DNA of 64,000 nucleotides from Oculina patagonica (Eukaryota): NCBI RefSeq assembly GCF_052425735.1, contig NC_135770.1, positions 37,758,001 to 37,822,000 of the forward strand, read 5' to 3'. Shown piece by piece: positions 1 to 12,148 of this stretch (position 1 is its first letter; each line of letters starts with the position of its first letter). The notes under the pieces were generated by a model. It saw only the letters and a program-made list of their open reading frames with translations, ran no database searches and was not told where the DNA came from. The position numbers and the translations under genes were made by a program.

Positions 1-288
1 AAAGCAGTAGAAAGACAAAAAGTGACATCAGGTAAGGTTTTAAGTTTTATTATAGCTTTTCAAAGGATATTTCAAATCCATACAAACAGATAAAAACTCT
101 TATAGTACGCTTTGGTCACTTGTGTTTACATCAGCTGTTGTATGTAAACCTTCGGCAAGTAAAGCTAATTTTCAGTCACGGATGACGCATATTTATACGT
201 CTCGTTTGTCCACCAAAGCCACACTTCGGCACAGTTCTCATTCAAGTCTCTAGGGAAGAGGTTTCACCACCGCGCCAGGAACTTGATA

Positions 289-2016
289 ATGGGGCGCTTT
301 GCTGGACTGCGGAAAAAAATAACTAAATTCCGATGGTATGGCTATGTATGTTTGAGAAGACATAAACTTTTCGTATTACTGGTGTTGCTTTGGTGCATTT
401 TCCACTTCGTTATTTTGCATTTCAGTGGAAACCGCCGGGCGAGCGAAACTTTGGACAGCGAAAATCTGCGATTACATCCGTCAAATTTCGTTTTAGTGGA
501 AAAATATGAAGATACTTTAATCATCCCTATTTCTAAACCGCAACAACCGCTGTCGAGGCATGTTTCATTTGCTTTCACCAACGCGGAAGACCATGAAGAC
601 ACATCAAGCGCTGCTCCTAGTTCTAAACCGAAACTTGCGCTGACGTGGAAAAATTCATTTGCTTTCATTCATTCCGATGGTAGATACAGCGCAGGAGATG
701 AAGGTGCTCCATTCTTAGTGATTTTTTCTTTTTCAACCAAACAGAACAACATTTCGCAGGAGTTAGTGGAAAACGATAAGCTCGCTCTCTGGAAGTTGAG
801 CGAGTTTCTTGGTGCAATGAAAGAATTCGATGGCGCAACTTGTTTGCAGCCTGAAGCCGACTCCACACACAGCAGAGAAAACGATTATGTACCAAAACAT
901 GAAGAAATCAACAGCACAAGAAATATTCACCTAGATTCATCTTGGTGTCGATTTATTAAAAGGAAATGGAGTGTTCACATCAGAAATAACGGCCGGGTAC
1001 AAAATGTAGTAATACAAGTGAGAAATGAATCTTTACCAATGAACTTGAAGATCTTGTTACAAAGCTGTAATGTAGTACAAGGGCCATTTATAATAAGAAA
1101 AGATGTCTTTGACAGAATAGGGGGGCTACCTGACAGTTTTGGAAAAGTTACCTTGCTAGAGTTTTTCATTCGATCTAAAGGCCAGTTGAAGATGGCAAAG
1201 TTGTCAAACTGCGTGTGGACACCCGCGATAACGCGCGTGGATCGTGGATCCCTCGAAGGTTCACATAACGTTTCTGAATATGGCTCATTTGGCAATAAAC
1301 ACGGGATTCTTCGCATCGTCACGGAAAGTCGAATTGAGTGGACAGCATGCGTTGCAAATTGGAAGCTATGCCCGGAGAAACCGTACGTTAAACCGCAAGA
1401 TCTTCCCAGCATAGCAGCACCAATATGTTGTAGCACCGTTTTAGGTCAAATGCTGGCGAACATTACATGGGCGTTGACTCGTCTTGGTGTGGAATACCGC
1501 ATCATTTATGGCACTTTGTTAGGTGCTGTTAGAAGTCAGGCTATTATACCATGGACGGCTGACGTTGATATCGCATTGACAAAGTCTGCGATTGAAAACG
1601 CTTCGACATTTTATGCTGTTAAAAAACTGCTTGGGAACCAGTATTATGTAGGGAAATCTTACATGGGTGTTCTAAGGGCTCACATCCTTATGGGACCTTA
1701 CATGGAGGTTGACACGGCTCCCTTTTTTGACGGGCCTGATGATTTAGAAGGTAATTTGTTATTTAGTAACGACATCCAGGAAGCAGTGACGGGTATGCTG
1801 CCGGTGTCGGACAATTGGAGAGATCGCTCGTATGTCGATTTCTACTGGTCACCTTCAGCATGGATGAACGGTTCGTCCCTTGTCACAATTAACAATCAGC
1901 AATATGTCACTGTGAAAGAGGTTGAATACGAGTTAACAAACTGGTATGGTGAGAATTATCGGCAACCAATTCTTAAAGGAGAATGGGTGGGTTTCTCGGA
2001 CCGAGGAACTGCGTAG
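289..2016 (+). CDS. LicD-family (fukutin/FKRP-like) phosphotransferase, predicted type II membrane protein, single coding exon (~575 aa)
   Basis: First ATG of the 283..2016 ORF is at 289. Basic N-terminus then hydrophobic anchor LFVLLVLLWCIFHFVILHF; C-terminal LicD signature IIYGTLLGAVRSQAIIPWTADVDIAL, later YVDFY and LTNWYGENYRQP; GT-A-like remnant CNVVQGPFIIRKDVFDRIGG upstream. Confidence 0.85.
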   Translation: MGRFAGLRKKITKFRWYGYVCLRRHKLFVLLVLLWCIFHFVILHFSGNRRASETLDSENLRLHPSNFVLVEKYEDTLIIPISKPQQPLSRHVSFAFTNAEDHEDTSSAAPSSKPKLALTWKNSFAFIHSDGRYSAGDEGAPFLVIFSFSTKQNNISQELVENDKLALWKLSEFLGAMKEFDGATCLQPEADSTHSRENDYVPKHEEINSTRNIHLDSSWCRFIKRKWSVHIRNNGRVQNVVIQVRNESLPMNLKILLQSCNVVQGPFIIRKDVFDRIGGLPDSFGKVTLLEFFIRSKGQLKMAKLSNCVWTPAITRVDRGSLEGSHNVSEYGSFGNKHGILRIVTESRIEWTACVANWKLCPEKPYVKPQDLPSIAAPICCSTVLGQMLANITWALTRLGVEYRIIYGTLLGAVRSQAIIPWTADVDIALTKSAIENASTFYAVKKLLGNQYYVGKSYMGVLRAHILMGPYMEVDTAPFFDGPDDLEGNLLFSNDIQEAVTGMLPVSDNWRDRSYVDFYWSPSAWMNGSSLVTINNQQYVTVKEVEYELTNWYGENYRQPILKGEWVGFSDRGTA

Positions 2017-3149
2017 CCTAATAAATATCGATCAGTGGTATATGATGCATAAAAAAAGAACGCATTTCACGAGCTTATTTTAACGTTAACATAGCCTGTT
2101 TCAGGCGTTCGCTTAATAAGGGATTAGTCCGTAAAACGGCGAAGAGAGAATAAGTGAGCGAGCCGAGGAGGCGTCCGTTGATTAACCCCGTGTTTTTTTT
2201 TTTCTCAATCGCCATTCTTTACGGACTTCATGATCACGCTGCTCCTCAAATAACCAAACACCTGGAACAGGCTAGCCGGTTACTGTTATGACATGGTCTA
2301 TAATGGGTGAGAACCACATGGAGGAGGTTAGAAGTTACATTTTTATTTTATATACCCATGATTGTTACTGAATGTAGAGGACAATTGAATGTTGTTGTTT
2401 TGTTGTACACTGCTACATGACGATCGTTCTTGTGTGAAACTGTAAACGCGTGTACATTTTGATTTGATTTTAACATGTTTTAATTGGCTGCGAGCAATCA
2501 AGCCGCAGGGATAATCACCATAAGGGTTTGCAGTTTACTCATCGGAGGAACTTTACTTTACGTTAAGCAATTTTTAAGAGACATTTTGACGAGATAAAAA
2601 GCAAGATAGTGCATGCTCTTTGTTTGGTTATAAAAATAGAGAGACGATAAATGTGGAAACATAAAACTAGTTTTAAGCTTTTACAAAAGAAATTGATGAC
2701 TTCTTCCCTTGTTTCCATGAGGTATGGAAACTCGAACACCTGTTAAAGTGCGAGATTTAAGTGAATGTTTTTACATTGTAAATTAAAACGCTCTGTCTTG
2801 TAAGATTGATGAAAATATTGAACAACCGTTCGATGTTAGCTTGCAGTGCAGACGTGTTTTGCAAAAAAAATTCGAGTTTAAATAACGTTTTATGTTATGT
2901 TTTGTATCAGTTATGCACGATCAAGCGCTGAATTTTCCATAGAGAGTTTTGAGGCGGTGGAAAAACGGACTATGAATACTGCTTATTTCGTGACAGTGAC
3001 ATCTTAATATATACTTAAGTTTCAAAGTTTCAGTTGCTTATTGTACATCATAATTGCATTAAACGTGCATTGACAATACTGCCATTCAAAACGTTGCTCT
3101 TTTTTTAAAAAGCGCATTTTCGTCCTTTATCGTATCTTTTACAAAATTC

Positions 3150-3540
3150 TCGATTTTGATTGGTTCTGCACGCGCCTATTTGTCACGTTATCGGTGCTCG
3201 ATCACGTAGGTGTCCAATAACAGGTATCCAATTTGAGCAACTTTAAATTGCATACCAGTAATTGGACACCTACGCCATTCGCGCGTCAATTGCGCATTTG
3301 AATGGTTTTTTTTTTTTTTTGCTGTTTTCCTACTTTTTGTACAACCAATTAAATTTACCTTTGGCTTTTTCTCACAAAAAAGGTTCTCAAAGTCTTCTTA
3401 ACTTCGAATTTTGTTATTGATACGATTAATTAGTAATATTGGACCACGTGTCGTACAATTCAGAGAGTAATCGTTGAAAATTACTCGCCCGATTACTAGC
3501 TCCCTGAATTGTACTCCACTCAGTCCAATTTTTTATTACT
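3150..3540. repeat. Interspersed Crypton-like non-autonomous repeat fragment
   Basis: Motifs TTTGATTGGTTCTGCACGCGCCTATTTGTCACG, GTAATTGGACACC and CTGAATTGTACTCCACTCAGTCC resemble a common anthozoan repeat; recognised from memory, boundaries approximate. Confidence 0.4.
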
Positions 3541-4329
3541 TTTTGTAATAATTCTAAAAGCATCAATATCATTTCATCAATTCGTTATTATAACAGGTTT
3601 TGATTTTTCCTTTTTTTTTCCATTTTTCCTTTTTATATGACAATTTATTGCAATTAGGTGTAGGTCTGAAATAGTGGATGGAAATCACATAAACTGATCT
3701 CTCCATTTAGCAGCTAAACCCGTATTCTAGATAAAACCTTGAAAGACATCAGAAAAAGAAAAAGAAAAAAGTCGACACCCCAAATGAATCAGTTTATTTC
3801 TCCTAGAGTAAATCAACATTACATGGCGTTGTGCATAATTACTGATGATAAAAATACAACAGAAAATTGCAAAGATTTCTACTTCATCAAGAGAACATGT
3901 CATGTGGGTTTCACGACTTGCTAAAACGTGCAGAATGAAAATTAAATTTACTCAATTCACAGCCATGTTAATTGTATACTATTCTAATAACGCTTATTTA
4001 ATCACACCACACTAGCCTGGGTTGAAAAAGCATCTCAAGTAAATCCACGCCGAAAAAAAATAACAAAACGCGCACTAAGACAGTATAAGTCGTTTTGAAA
4101 GTCCGGTTTTGAAAATAAAATTAATGTGTTTACATCGAATAAAGAGCAGAAAATTCTTTAAGTGGAAAAATTCAAATCTAATTTCTGTAGATTAATCAAA
4201 AAGGTAACAAATCTTAAGGTATAGACATAGAGCTGTGCGTTCTGGGCAAAAAAAGATTATAACTGCGAAGATGCCTAATCAAATTGAGCTTATTCAGTTT
4301 GCCTTACTGTTTATTTCATCGCCTTATCC

Positions 4330-5480
4330 CTATCGCCACCCCGAGCTCTTCATGCATTTCTTGTAATCCCTGAATCCAGAGCAACTCAAACCAAATGGTA
4401 CAAGGCAATACGAACTGTAAGGTTTCTTCTTGCAACACAGGTCGTGTTCGTAACAGCCCCGATGCCAGCAACAGTCGCCACAAAACCAGCTCCAACACGA
4501 ACACCCTCTGCCGCACAATCCGCGGCAGTTATTTGCCGTGGGCTTTGTGCAGCCCCGCTTCTGCCTGTTGCCGTACTGCCCAGCGATGTCGTCCTCGAAG
4601 CCATGCGCAGCTTTAAGCTCGGGTGGGGTCTCTACATCTGATGCCTTTAGTAAATTGAAGCACAGGGAGTAAAATGGCTTGAGAATTTCCAAACGCGTGG
4701 AGTTGCTCCCCAGCGCCTCTGACACTCGCTCCAGTAGCTGAATTTCTGGAGCATAGTGCAGCTCGCTCATGGCTTCTTCGTAGTGGTTTTTCAGGGCTTC
4801 GTGTTCTGCCATTCCTTTCTGTCGTCTCAAAAAGGCTCGCAGCGCCTCTGGTGTTCTGGGGACATCGTTGGGGACATAAACCATAGAAGCGCCATTCCTG
4901 AAGAACAAAACAAATGAATAGTCAATTGGTTGATACAAAATGTCGACATAATTCAATTTTCCTCCTTCTTAGTTTTCATTAGTGTATGATAGTACTATTA
5001 TCGGAGAGTTTCTGTTATTTCTAAGACTATGAAATCGATGCTCTTCAATTTGGCCTCATTTTCAACCCTGGCTAAAAACATGACGAGCCTTACTCGAAGT
5101 TCACGATAAATGGTGCGATACTGAACCGTAGCTTCCATACTGAAAATATTTTATAAATCTTGGTAAGGTTTCAGTTGCATATCAATAATCATGCTTAAAT
5201 AAATCGACAGCATTGCTTACCCAACAAAAGCCTGATCCAAAACTTGGTAGAACAACATTTCAGGGCCAAGTTTCTTGTAAAGCACAATTTGTTCTCCTGT
5301 GGTCTTCATTAACTTCATGAAGCCTTCGCTGATATCGAAGCAAACGCCCAGGGTTTGATTATGGATGTAACATCCTTCGACTTCATCTTCCGAATAACTC
5401 TTCAAGTGAAGTGCTCGGTCCCCAGAAGTAGCTGTAATAGAGAGCAGAATAGCGACGAAGCTTGGAAGCATGAATCTCAT
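4330..5480 (-). CDS. Secreted Cys-rich peptide precursor, paralogue A; exons 5480-5221 and 4897-4330; 275 aa
   Basis: Signal peptide MRFMLPSFVAILLSITATS; phase-2 intron GG|gtaagc...ttcttcag|G joins ORFs 5217..5480 and 4330..4956 in frame; RQKR followed by a 74-aa, 14-Cys domain (4554-4333). Confidence 0.9.
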
Positions 5481-6835
5481 GGCTGCTGGGTGATTTGTCT
5501 TTACGGGAGCGATCTAACTCTGTGCGTTTCTTAAGAACAGTGTTCAGCTACAGAACTTCACGGGAAATGGATGTGTCCGGCAGAGCTGTTGGATTTTATG
5601 TTGATTCCGCTCTTGCCAAAAGTTTGTCGTTGCTGTGGTATTAGGCGTGAATGTATGGCATGTTCAAATCACTTGTTTGACCAGGCGTGCGTGTTAACTT
5701 ATCAAGAAATATTTTCCATTTATAATATAAAAATAATATAATTCCGCTGTACGCGAGGTAATACTGTTGGCAACTGGAATAAGTTCTTAAAAGAACTTTT
5801 ATTAGTTTTAACTGATTATCCGTTTGTAAAAGTTAGACTGGAATAGTTACCCATTGATTTCGTGCCATTTGTGCACATAAAGCCTCTTAATGTTCCATTG
5901 TGTCGTCAATAATATTCCATTTATGAACGGAAAAGAGACAATATCAATTAAACAACTGTGAATTAATTTTACACTTCATGTCATTTACACTGTTTACATT
6001 TTCCTTTCAGGAGAACGCAATTAGCACGCAAACCTAAGAACGTAAAAAAATATCAAGGGAAGGTCGGGAGAAATCTCGCTTAGTCTTCGCTGAAATTCCA
6101 GCTGAGCATATACAGTCGCTCTCGCCGGTAAAATAGAAATCTATCAGCTTGTTGGAGTAGATTTTTCCTTATTTAACAACACATTATCTTATCATGCCTT
6201 ATAACATCCTGTTTACGTAAGAGGAAGAAAAACATATCTTGTCATAATAGGTGCAAAGTGAAACTAATCATTTTTTAAAACTTCCTGTGTTTAGGAAATC
6301 AAAGCTAAGAACTAGTTGCCATTAAACATTTCACTTTTAGCTTTGAGCTGATCGTGGATGGTTACAGTCAGCCTGAGTCCTAGTTTGAGCTACGATGTCG
6401 TAACACAATTTTAATAAACTTCTTAGTAATAACAAATAAAAAGCAATTTAAATTTCATCTAATAGCCCCGCTACAGAATCACTCAGGGAAGCGTGAAGTT
6501 CTATGCATAGAAAATGTTAAAATAGTAGCGAATTTTGTAACTGATAGTGTTTCCCGTGATCCGTTTACCGTTCCTTTTTATCTTGCAAACGGTTATAATG
6601 AACACGGTAGCATTAAAAATTGTGAATTTCACCCACACTTAAATAAATATTGTATCGGTTGTGCGTAATCTTTATGCAACTAAACCCATTTTCTAAGAGA
6701 AATATTTGAACAAGAGGCCAAGCACACGTATATCTCAGACATTCAGTAACGCGCAGTATCGCAGTCAGTTTTACAAGTTTTGCTTTGTGAAGAGTCTACA
6801 GGGCGAGTCAAAATACAAATAACGAGTAAAAATAT

Positions 6836-8177
6836 ATAGAGGATATTACACGGCGGCGCGAAGATATGAATTTTATTTTCGAGTGGTAAAGCAATATTTT
6901 ACGAATGAGCGCAGCGAATGAGTAAAATATTGCTTTTACCACGAGAAAATAAAATTCATATCTTCAAGCCACCGTGTAATTTTCTTTTTATTATATAGAC
7001 AAACATCATGCATGAAGTAAAAGTTAAAAAATTTTTATTCATCAAGAGGTTAAACACGATCGATGGCTAAAAATAACAATTGAGCAAATTGCCAATCTGA
7101 AAGGCAAAATTTCGCGAACTGAAGCTTTCAGAAGATGTATTTATCCGTAAATTTAAAAACAGTCTGTTTATTAGCTTTCATCAATGTCACTGATAATATA
7201 TAATTCACCGTTTTGAAATCTGTTTCTGCTCAAACTCACCGCTTTTCTGTTTTTTGATCGCAAAGTCTTGCAGTTCGGCAGCTGAAACCCAGGAGCTGAA
7301 ATTTCTTGATTTTCCCTCCCTTCGTCTGACCCTCCACAAGCAACAAGCTCTTTTCATTTTTTGTCTTTGAAATAATTTTAAGTCATGTGAAGTCTTTTCT
7401 TCTCGTTAGCATTTTCCTGCTCCTCAGTGAAAGATTTTATTTTGGCTTCACTGTTCAGTGAACTTCACGAACCGATAGCTCGCCATTTCCAACCGGCGTT
7501 GGCAGCTTTGCACAAACAACCGTGCAAAGGCTAGGCTTTTGTACATTATGCTAACATTTTTTCGAGCATTTTAGTGAGGCAAAAGCATTGAGCATTATTC
7601 GAGCATTTTAGTGGCATTTTCCCGGAAAATTGATTTTTTTTTTCCGAGAAAAAAAAAGAAATTAATTTTTTTTAGAGAAAATGAAGACTAAAACTGAAAA
7701 TTCAACTACAAATAACTTTAAGAGATAGTCAACTACTTTCTGTACTTAGCCTCATAGATGATTTCGAGGATTATGTTTTTTGGCTGTATTTATGAACTTG
7801 TATACGTTGTTGTTGTTACTTGCAACACTTGTACGTTTTTGTAAGTGTTAACAGTTATCACCATGTTAAAAACTTTAAAATTAAATTTAAAAAAACCGTT
7901 TGTATAATGAGGTCTAATGAGCATTATCAGAGCATTTTAACGACTTTTTTTAGGGAGACTGAACATTTTAGTGGGAAAAATGGAGCATTAAGGTGGAGCA
8001 TTTTAGTAGGGAAACAAAAGCATAATGTACAAAAGCCTAGCAAAGGCGGGAAATGACGTCATCGATATCCTCACTAGTGAGGATATGGAAAATACGCCAC
8101 TACAGTCCCGGATGCAGTTTCGTATGAATTTTACGAGTGGTCTATTTTCCAGTAAAACACTCGCGGCTATATAATAA
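6836..8177. mobile_element. Crypton-like non-autonomous element with terminal hairpin and decayed tyrosine-recombinase N-terminal fragment
   Basis: Imperfect palindrome ~6844-6980; inverted ends TTATTATATAG (~6988) / CTATATAATAA (8167-8177); minus-strand remnant IKSFTEEQENAN near 7400-7440 resembles Crypton/ZMYM-type proteins. Confidence 0.55.
7532..8039. mobile_element. hAT-type MITE nested in the Crypton-like element
   Basis: 21-bp TIR TAGGCTTTTGTACATTATGCT / AGCATAATGTACAAAAGCCTA; 8-bp TSD GCAAAGGC at 7524-7531 and 8040-8047. Confidence 0.85.
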
Positions 8178-8898
8178 ACAGCAATACTGCACACTAATAG
8201 GTCTGACGAGAGAGAGTTATTATTCGACTTTTTCTTTTCCCGAAATGCTTTCCATTTTTTAATCTTTTGCACGATTTTTTAATCTTTTCCGTAAAAATAT
8301 CACGAGATCTTTGCACTCGTTTCGCGCGTTGTTTGTACATCACAAAGCGGACTTGGATAGTAATTCTGTAATTTGTCCTATTTTTTTATTTGTGAGTTAT
8401 TGGCCATAACATTACCCTTTAAGCCCCCGGGGAGGAGGGGTAGGGAGTGGCGAGGAGGCAAAATGATGACTTATCAGAAGGAGGTTTCACATTGTTAAAT
8501 GTTTTTCCGATTGTTTTAAAATAACACACTTAAAAATAGTATTATTGATTTCAAAATTGAAGCTTAAGATGAGAAGGCTTATATTATTAGGGGGGAGGGT
8601 TAATACCACGATGGGCTTCAACGTTTTTAAGGAATGCCAACCTATCCTGGCTTCCGATTATCCTGATTCAAGAAAAGGGCCGGAAGACGGACATAGAGAT
8701 TAGTCCATGTGAAATGGAAAGAACTACTAAAAAAACAACACCTTTGAAAAAAAAAGTTGAGAGAGTAAAGACACAAAATCAAGAGCAAAACGGTTTTTAC
8801 TTTGGTAAATTCATGTTAAAACAATTTACATGAATTGAGGCCTTAGGTTTAAGTATTCGCTTATCAAGCAAGTGATTGTGGTGTTTACTACAGGCAGC

Positions 8899-11800
8899 TC
8901 ATCCCCACCAGCTCCAAGAGAGACAATCCTGATATCCTCCGAATCCAGAGCATTGGAAACCGTATGAATATGGTGAGATGCAATGCGGACTTGTGGGGTT
9001 ATACTTGCAACACAGGTCGTGCTCATAACACCCCTGATGATGACAGCAGTCACCACAAACCCAGCTCCAACACCAGCAGCCTTTACCGCACAATCCACGG
9101 CAGTCATTCGCTTGTGGCCTCTGGCAGCTGCGCTTCTGCCTTCCTTCAACCTGCTCGGTGGTGTCAGGCGCAGCCTTGAGCTCGGATGGGATCTCGACAT
9201 CTGATGCCTTTAATAAGTTCAGACACAGGACGTAAAATGGCTCGAGAATTTCCAGCCGTGTGGAGTTGTCGCTCAGCGCTGCTGACACTCGCTCCAGTAG
9301 CTGGACTTCTGGAACATAGTGCAGCTCGCTCATGACTTCTTGGTAGTGGTTTTTTAGGGCTTCGTGTTCTGCCATTCCTTTCTTTCGTCTCAAAAAGCCT
9401 CGCAGCGCCTCTGGAGTTCTGGGAACATCGTTGGGGACATAAACCATGGAAGCGTCATTCCTGGGGAGCAAAGCAACTGCATTGTCACTTCAGTTGATAC
9501 AAAAAAGTTGCACACAATTCTTTATACACTATGGACTTACACCGTCTTTCTCTCAGCCAAATTAATCAACGAAAGCGCTGTTCGTAAAAAATGACCCTTT
9601 AAAAAACTAACTTAAAAACTAATGAACTTTAAACTAAATCCAAGTTGATTTCCTTTTTCAACATACGATAAGCGCGTGCTCTAACTTTCACAAATAACGT
9701 ACGGCAAGTGCCATCATGGTGTCAGTGTTATGTGTCATAATTTAGTTCGTAATAGTGATTTAGCTAGCAGGAGGGCATTTTGCGTGCGCATGCGTGCAAC
9801 CGCTGTACAAAGACCGCGTGATCTTGGGAATAAAAATGGCGCGGAAGATTCAAACTTTGTTTTTTGTACTGTTTATCATCACATAATTTAATATAGACGT
9901 AAATTTCGCTAAGAAAAAGTGTTCTGTGTGTGGCAAGGCTCTTATAAAGCAGATTTTCTGGCCTGCTTCGCGATCGTTGTTGCAAATAATGGGAAAATAT
10001 GTGGGACAGGTAGGAAAGCCTTCACCGACAAAAATCAAACAGGCCGTAAAAGGAGGAAAACATTTATCCGTTTGCTGGAGTGTGATATATTAGGATCAAA
10101 ACTTCACATCAAATCAATTGCTGTAATACAGGCAGAGTGCGGGCAATATTATAGCTTGTCGGGAGATTTTTTGCCTAAAGGGACGGCCACCAAAGAAAAG
10201 GGTTTTCCCTGAGGGGAAAGACATGTTTGGGGGTTCTGCACATGATAATGCAGCTCACTGATGTCTAAAGCAAAGCCAACTTGCCCTCGACTGGCAAACA
10301 GGGTTTCCTGCAACAAGAACTGCAGTTCTTTAAACACATTTAGGCGACACAAAAGTAAAACAGTCGTTATAACAGAATGAACATCAATCTTAAAGAAATA
10401 AACGTTGAATGAAAAATTGAAAATAACATTGTTTATAGTTAAAAATTATTTCTTAAGACATTTTATACAGCAGTTATTAGAACGTTTCTGAAAAATATAT
10501 ATATCGCTTGTTCGTTTCATGCTATTTTTTGACTGGTGATCAAGGCTAGATTTTGATAAAGGAGCCAAAAATGTACTAATTAACATAGTAAAATGTAAAC
10601 AAATAGTCTACCAGCAAAGAATTACCATAACACTTTAAAATTAAGACCGATCGCAGTAATTCTTTTCTTGTTCAACAGAATAATTGTGGTATCATCGAAA
10701 TGTGAAGTTATTTTGACCAATGCTCAAGTTTAAGGAAATAATCACAAACGATAGTTTCTCTGTTAGAATAAACCAGCGAGAACGTACGTTAAAGAAAGCT
10801 AAAAATTTCCACAATTGACCATTTTTTAACGCTACCTTCGCAGCATTAGACGATAGTTTAAGTACTTCAGGCTCCATATATCATCGGTAGACGCTGGAGA
10901 TCAAGGCTAGATTTTGAGATTTTTGCATTGTGAGAACGATTAAATTGTAGTTTTATGACAAATCTGAACAAAATCATGACCACTCGCTCAAACCCGGGAT
11001 ACTTGATTATAACATCGTATATTTAAAACTGCTGTTTTATATTTTAGTACTAAGTAGCCGTAGCGCTTTGTCCGTTTAGATCTTCCGGCTATTAAAAACA
11101 TGGTCAAGGTATTTAGGTTCTTTACATTCGGTCGCCATTTTGTCCACGTGCAATGTTTAAGGTCATTGCCCTGTATTGCATTGCGCATCAGTTACTGCGC
11201 AGAATTTTACGCGTAATTAGCACGCGCGCGCGCGCACATCAACAAAATGGCGGCTTTTTTCTATGCGGCTTAGTCCGCGAGAGAAGTTAATTGTCACTTT
11301 CTCCTAAACGAGCCTGGTGACCTATCAATTTTTTCTCATATTTTGGGTGTAGCGATCAAAATCTTTCTGTAAAATGAAAACAGATCAATTCATGTGTTTG
11401 AAAAATAAATTATCGTTAAAAACGTGTACTTTGCTAGTATTCGCAGAGGAATTTTAAAGGAATTATATGGAATATACAAGGTCTTCCTGCTCCTAAACGA
11501 ATCTGGTGACCCCCCTTTTTTATTTCAAAATTTAAGTTCCCTTAACGTAATAAACCGGTAGGCGAAGTTTGGATAAAAAATTGTGTTCAGTTCTATTTCA
11601 GGGCAATGACCTTAATACACATAGCCAAAGTCGATCAGATAAACAGCACGCCGACACCAAACTTTGCTTGTTGTTGTCAGAAGATAAAGCAAGGACTCTT
11701 AGTATTGTATACAGCAAATAAAACTTAAAACACGTTTTATTTTGAGCTAGAAATTAGGCCATAAATTGTGGAAAATATGTAAACAATCGATAGCAGAACT

Positions 11801-12148
11801 TCTCTGTCGTGCGCACTAGTCCATATCGACGCATGCGCACGCAAAATGCCCTCCTGCTGATTTAGCTTACCCGATAAAAGTCTGATCCAACACTTGGTAG
11901 AACAGCATTTCAGGGCCAAGTTTCATGTGAAGCACAATTTGTTCTCCTGTGGTCTTCAGTAATTTCATTAAATCTTTGCGAATATCGAAGCAAACGCCCA
12001 GGGTTTGATTATGGATGTAACATCCCTCGACTTGATCCTCCGAATAACTCTTTAAGTGAAGTGCTTGGTCTGCAGAAGTAGCTGCAATGGAGAACAGAAT
12101 AGCGACGAAGCTTACAAACATGAACTCCATGTCTGCTGGGCGTTTCAT
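8899..12148 (-). CDS. Secreted Cys-rich peptide precursor, paralogue B; exons 12148(or 12130)-11871 and 9460-8899; 273-279 aa
   Basis: Signal peptide MEFMFVSFVAILFSIAATSA; same phase-2 intron position as A (GG|gtaagc...ccccag|G); RQKR followed by a 76-aa, 14-Cys domain (9129-8902). Confidence 0.9.
9766..11858. mobile_element. 2.1-kb non-autonomous DNA transposon (Mutator-like signature) in the intron of paralogue B
   Basis: Perfect 30-bp TIR AGCAGGAGGGCATTTTGCGTGCGCATGCGT (9766-9795 / 11829-11858); 9-bp TSD GATTTAGCT (9757-9765 / 11859-11867); no transposase ORF. Confidence 0.85.
11161..11611. mobile_element. Kolobok-type MITE nested in the MULE-like element
   Basis: TIR GGTCATTGCCCTG / CAGGGCAATGACC flanked by TTAA on both sides (11157-11160, 11612-11615); GG..CC ends with a TTAA target fit Kolobok better than piggyBac. 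Confidence 0.7.

Noticed and set aside
4316-4641. Alternative-frame and antisense ORFs over the Cys-rich domains (also 8826-9204 and 13688-13958)
   Set aside because: Shadows of the real exon 2; only the Cys frame is conserved across the three paralogues and joined to a signal peptide.
5217-5480. Stand-alone small secreted proteins at 5217-5480, 11867-12148, 15407-15700
   Set aside because: Each stop is the TAA within a GG|GTAAG donor; these are first exons.
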